Shown piece by piece: positions 55,207 to 58,011 of a DNA stretch of 58,011 bases (positions within the stretch are counted from its first letter, which is position 1; each line of letters opens with the position of its first letter). Position numbers and translations under genes: made by a program. Source of the DNA: a virus (Duplodnaviria > Caudoviricetes); IMG/VR virus record IMGVR_UViG_3300033141_002284, positions 1-58,011 of that record, one strand, 5' to 3'. The notes under the pieces are model-generated. The model ran no database searches, had not been told where the DNA came from, and was given only the letters and a program-made list of their open reading frames with translations.

Positions 55207-56061
55207 TTATCCTCCATTTTTTAATTTTTTTCTATAATCATCGCCGCTAAATTCAATAATTGTACAATATGAGATCAACCGGCTGGTTATAGCCTGCCCG
55301 AATTTATCAACAAAATCCGATCCTTTCAAAAAGTTTGTTGTAGCTATTATTATTTTCTGCTCATTAATCAGATTATTAAATAGACTGAATATCCGCTCTC
55401 TTACCCATTCATTTTGAGTAGTTATCTTATCAATATCATCAAACATTATTAAATCATAGTTGCGCATCAGGTAAGAAATTAAATCTAATCCTGCCTGTTT
55501 GTTAATAAATCTGGAAGTTATATCTGACATATTTATATATTTTAATGCCAGCGGTTTAGCACTTGCTTCCCACATCAAAGAAATAGCACAATGCGTTTTA
55601 CCAGTCCCGACATCGCCATATAAAATAATCCCACTGTTTAAATATTCTTCATTCTTGCAAATATCGTATACATTTCTAAAAGCTTCATTTGTTTTATCTT
55701 TTACTCCGTAATCCCAATCTTTAAATCGGCATTTTCTTAAACCAGCTGGAATCCCGGCAGATTCCATTTTCTTTTCTCTGTATTGTTGTTTCTTTGTTTC
55801 ACCGCCAACTTTTAATAAACATTCGCATTTTGCCCGATACCAAATATAATCTGATATAATACTTTTCTCTTCTACCTTTTCGAATTCAGTTCCGCAGTTA
55901 GGACATTTGCCGCCCCTCCATTCCAGCAATAATAAATCAGTTTCCTCTTGTGGTATATTTTGTTCATAACATTTATCAAGAGATAGCTGCATCCTGTCAT
56001 CGAATCTTTTTTGATCAATAAGTAATTCAGGTATAATTTCAGCAGCTTTTTGTATTGTCAT
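55207..56061 (-). CDS. DnaC/IstB-like AAA+ helicase loader
   Basis: CPNCG..CEC, LYGDVGTGKTH, MFDDID, IATTN, ITSRL. Confidence 0.9.
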   Translation of the reverse strand: MTIQKAAEIIPELLIDQKRFDDRMQLSLDKCYEQNIPQEETDLLLLEWRGGKCPNCGTEFEKVEEKSIISDYIWYRAKCECLLKVGGETKKQQYREKKMESAGIPAGLRKCRFKDWDYGVKDKTNEAFRNVYDICKNEEYLNSGIILYGDVGTGKTHCAISLMWEASAKPLALKYINMSDITSRFINKQAGLDLISYLMRNYDLIMFDDIDKITTQNEWVRERIFSLFNNLINEQKIIIATTNFLKGSDFVDKFGQAITSRLISYCTIIEFSGDDYRKKLKNGG

Positions 56062-56438
56062 TAATATGCCTTCCCATGTTTCTCTGGCCGAGTTTTATTA
56101 TATTCTAGTTTCGCTTTGATATGTTTCTCAATATCTAATTTTAAATATCCGCATAAATCAGCTAATCGAATAAAAGTATCTGCTATTTCATCTTCAAAAG
56201 TATCTTTTATGCAACTTTCAAAAAAACTATACCTGGTTATATTTTCAATCGTAAAGTATTCTATTAAATTCGCAGGTTTTATAGTATGATTATTATTTCT
56301 ATGCGCCTCTAATGCTTCTCCCAGTTCTGATACAACTAGCATTAAAAGCTCACCGATGTTTTTATTTTTGCCTTCTGGATAAAATCCTTTATCAACTGCT
56401 GCTTTATGTGCTTTTTTTACTAAATTGTTAATATCCAT
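56061..56438 (-). CDS. MazG-like NTP pyrophosphohydrolase
   Basis: LMLVVSELGEALEAHR, EDEIADTFIRLADL, YNKTRP.KHGK.Y. Confidence 0.85.
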   Translation of the reverse strand: MDINNLVKKAHKAAVDKGFYPEGKNKNIGELLMLVVSELGEALEAHRNNNHTIKPANLIEYFTIENITRYSFFESCIKDTFEDEIADTFIRLADLCGYLKLDIEKHIKAKLEYNKTRPEKHGKAY

Positions 56439-56441
56439 ATT

Positions 56442-56627
56442 CTATCTCCTTATCGCATCTCTTATAGCCCCTGCGGACTTTGTCTTTAGTTTATACGGTA
56501 TCGAAAACATAACCTTATACACCTGGCATTTGGCATTATTGCACCATTCTGTTTTATCCTCAAAGTTTCGTTTTAATGGTCTGCCGCATACATGACAATT
56601 CTTTTTTTTCAAATTAAACCTATTCAT
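56442..56627 (-). CDS. Small Zn-ribbon protein
   Basis: CHVCG...WCNNAKC. Confidence 0.55.
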   Translation of the reverse strand: MNRFNLKKKNCHVCGRPLKRNFEDKTEWCNNAKCQVYKVMFSIPYKLKTKSAGAIRDAIRR

Positions 56628-57454
56628 TTACTCCCCCCAAAAAATTCATCATAGCTATGCAGCTCTTTATCGGTACCTTTAAAACCGCCAGGCTTTTTGC
56701 CTTCTTGCTTCATCTGCAATAGCAGCTTCGGAAACTGCAATCTTAGCTTTTTGCCCGACATTATATTTACAAACCAAAAGTTACCTTCTGTTTTTACCCA
56801 TTTTATAACCTGTTCAACTTCTTCTATTGTCCGGCCATCCCTTTCAACCAGCAGCCGGATGTCGTTTGCCCAATTTTTTAAAACATCGGAAACAACCTTA
56901 CCTCTTAAATATTTGCTATCTACTTTTTTATGTTCATAATAAAGAAGTTCAGAAAGAGGAAGATACGGCTTTAGCCGGTCTTTCTTGTCTTTGTCTAAGT
57001 CTTTGTCTCTAGTCTTAGTCTGGTGCATTAATTCATCATTACGTAATGGCGCTGTAATCATTACATGCTTTGTTTTCTCCCTATGCCTTGCTACCCTCTC
57101 TCTATTAAGCTGATTATTACGTTCTATTTTCCCAAGCTGTTGATGTTTTTCAAAGTTTACCAAATAGATTTCTTCATTCTCAAAATATTCTATCATCTTG
57201 AATTTTTTAAATATCTCCAATCCCATTCTTATAACTGGTAAATCTATATCAAGTTCTATTGCTAAAGTTTCATCATTAAAAGGTATTCCATCGCCGATCT
57301 CTAATACTCCTGATCTGCCCGATTTCATGGCTAAACATAATATTCCGATCCATAATTCAAACATTTTTGCACCGTCCGGCATTTTCCGAATCAGCTTTAT
57401 TTTTGTATCATTCATGATATTAATATCAAGCTTGATAAAAGATAGGCTCATCAA
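56624..57454 (-). CDS. Phage replication initiator (replisome organizer N-terminal domain)
   Basis: IKLD....DTKIKLIRKMPDG, W..ILCLAMKS, NFEKHQ, RERVARHRE; C-terminal WANDIRLL..D.R, FW..NIMS..KLR. Confidence 0.88.
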   Translation of the reverse strand: MMSLSFIKLDINIMNDTKIKLIRKMPDGAKMFELWIGILCLAMKSGRSGVLEIGDGIPFNDETLAIELDIDLPVIRMGLEIFKKFKMIEYFENEEIYLVNFEKHQQLGKIERNNQLNRERVARHREKTKHVMITAPLRNDELMHQTKTRDKDLDKDKKDRLKPYLPLSELLYYEHKKVDSKYLRGKVVSDVLKNWANDIRLLVERDGRTIEEVEQVIKWVKTEGNFWFVNIMSGKKLRLQFPKLLLQMKQEGKKPGGFKGTDKELHSYDEFFGGSK

Positions 57455-57459
57455 TATTC

Positions 57460-57897
57460 CTAATTCGTAAGTAATGGAACTTCTTTAATATGTGGTATGT
57501 CTAATTGCCATTTACTTTCATCAAGTCGCTGGTTATACCCGCCAGTTCTTGTTGCGACATCTGAATATTCTCTCTCTAGTGTTGCTTTGTATTCTGCTTT
57601 AGTACAAAATTGCCACATACCCTTGAAGCTTCCCCATTCTCTGTAATAACAGAAATGTTTTTTTCTTTTGTTTGCCAAATAGGAAGCAATTTCTCTGATA
57701 TGTCGCCTCCAATAATCCTTGGTCGGGCGCCAGATATAATCCAATTCCTTAAGATCATCCGCATGTCCATCTTGTTTGAAATACTCCATCATCGTTTTTG
57801 TTAAACGATGCACATTAGGCAGGGGAAGGTCTTCGTTTTTTTGCATAGCTTCTAATATCTCTGCCCCGATTACCATTCTGGTTTCTTTAGCATTCAT
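57460..57897 (-). CDS. Hypothetical protein
   Basis: 145-aa ORF, ATGA-coupled to the junction-spanning gene. Confidence 0.65.
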   Translation of the reverse strand: MNAKETRMVIGAEILEAMQKNEDLPLPNVHRLTKTMMEYFKQDGHADDLKELDYIWRPTKDYWRRHIREIASYLANKRKKHFCYYREWGSFKGMWQFCTKAEYKATLEREYSDVATRTGGYNQRLDESKWQLDIPHIKEVPLLTN

Positions 57898-57961
57898 ATT
57901 GTTTCCTCCAATTTAATCATTAATTCTTTAATCTGGTTGTGTCTGGTTGCGATGAATTGTT
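57894..57961 (-). CDS. C-terminal part of the junction-spanning ParB-like protein
   Basis: In-frame continuation ...APEAKQFIATRHNQIKELMIKLEETI*. Confidence 0.75.
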
Positions 57962-58011
57962 TTGCCTCTGGTGCAAACAAATCCCTTTTAGCAAACTCAA
58001 TAGCAAAGCGA
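57962..58011. repeat. Terminal 50-bp direct repeat (right copy)
   Basis: Identical to 1-50. Confidence 0.97.

Noticed and set aside
56975-57022. Iteron origin in the initiator gene
   Set aside because: The 6-nt GTCT periodicity is explained by the encoded TKTRDKDLDKDKKD linker; no longer iterons could be defined
1-58011. Alternative genetic code (stop-codon recoding)
   Set aside because: Genes tile densely with full-length proteins in code 11, and all three stops are used at natural ends

Overview
The window is an apparently complete, circularly assembled 57,961-bp tailed-phage genome. Bases 1-50 are repeated at 57962-58011, and a ParB-like ORF reads through the junction. Essentially all real genes are on the minus strand. 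It has a siphovirus-type virion module: TerS/TerL, portal, minor head, protease/scaffold, Mu-gpT-like capsid, tail tube, frameshifted tail chaperones, tape measure, tip/fibre genes and no sheath. It also carries a lysis cassette, replication genes (initiator, DnaC-like loader, SSB), recombination genes (ERF, PD-(D/E)XK nuclease, RecU-like), two DNA methyltransferases and two HNH endonucleases. No integrase was recognised. A diderm host, possibly a spirochaete, is inferred. Two accessory systems stand out. (1) A Ro60/Rsr (TROVE) gene lies downstream of a strong promoter and three tandem Y-RNA-like genes, one with a circularly permuted tRNA module, and a stand-alone TyrRS-type S4 domain gene lies just upstream. 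(2) A sugar-uptake and activation cluster (porin-like protein, CUT1 binding protein, two permeases, two SpsF/NeuA-like cytidylyltransferases, a GH-like TIM barrel) could feed a Maf-family glycosyltransferase inserted directly after the tail-tube gene, suggesting virion (or host flagellin) glycosylation. Several repeated cis-elements are also present: a seven-copy palindrome, paired covarying attenuator-like leaders, a tRNA-like RNA and structured intergenic repeats. All calls are from motif recognition by eye; no database searches were run.
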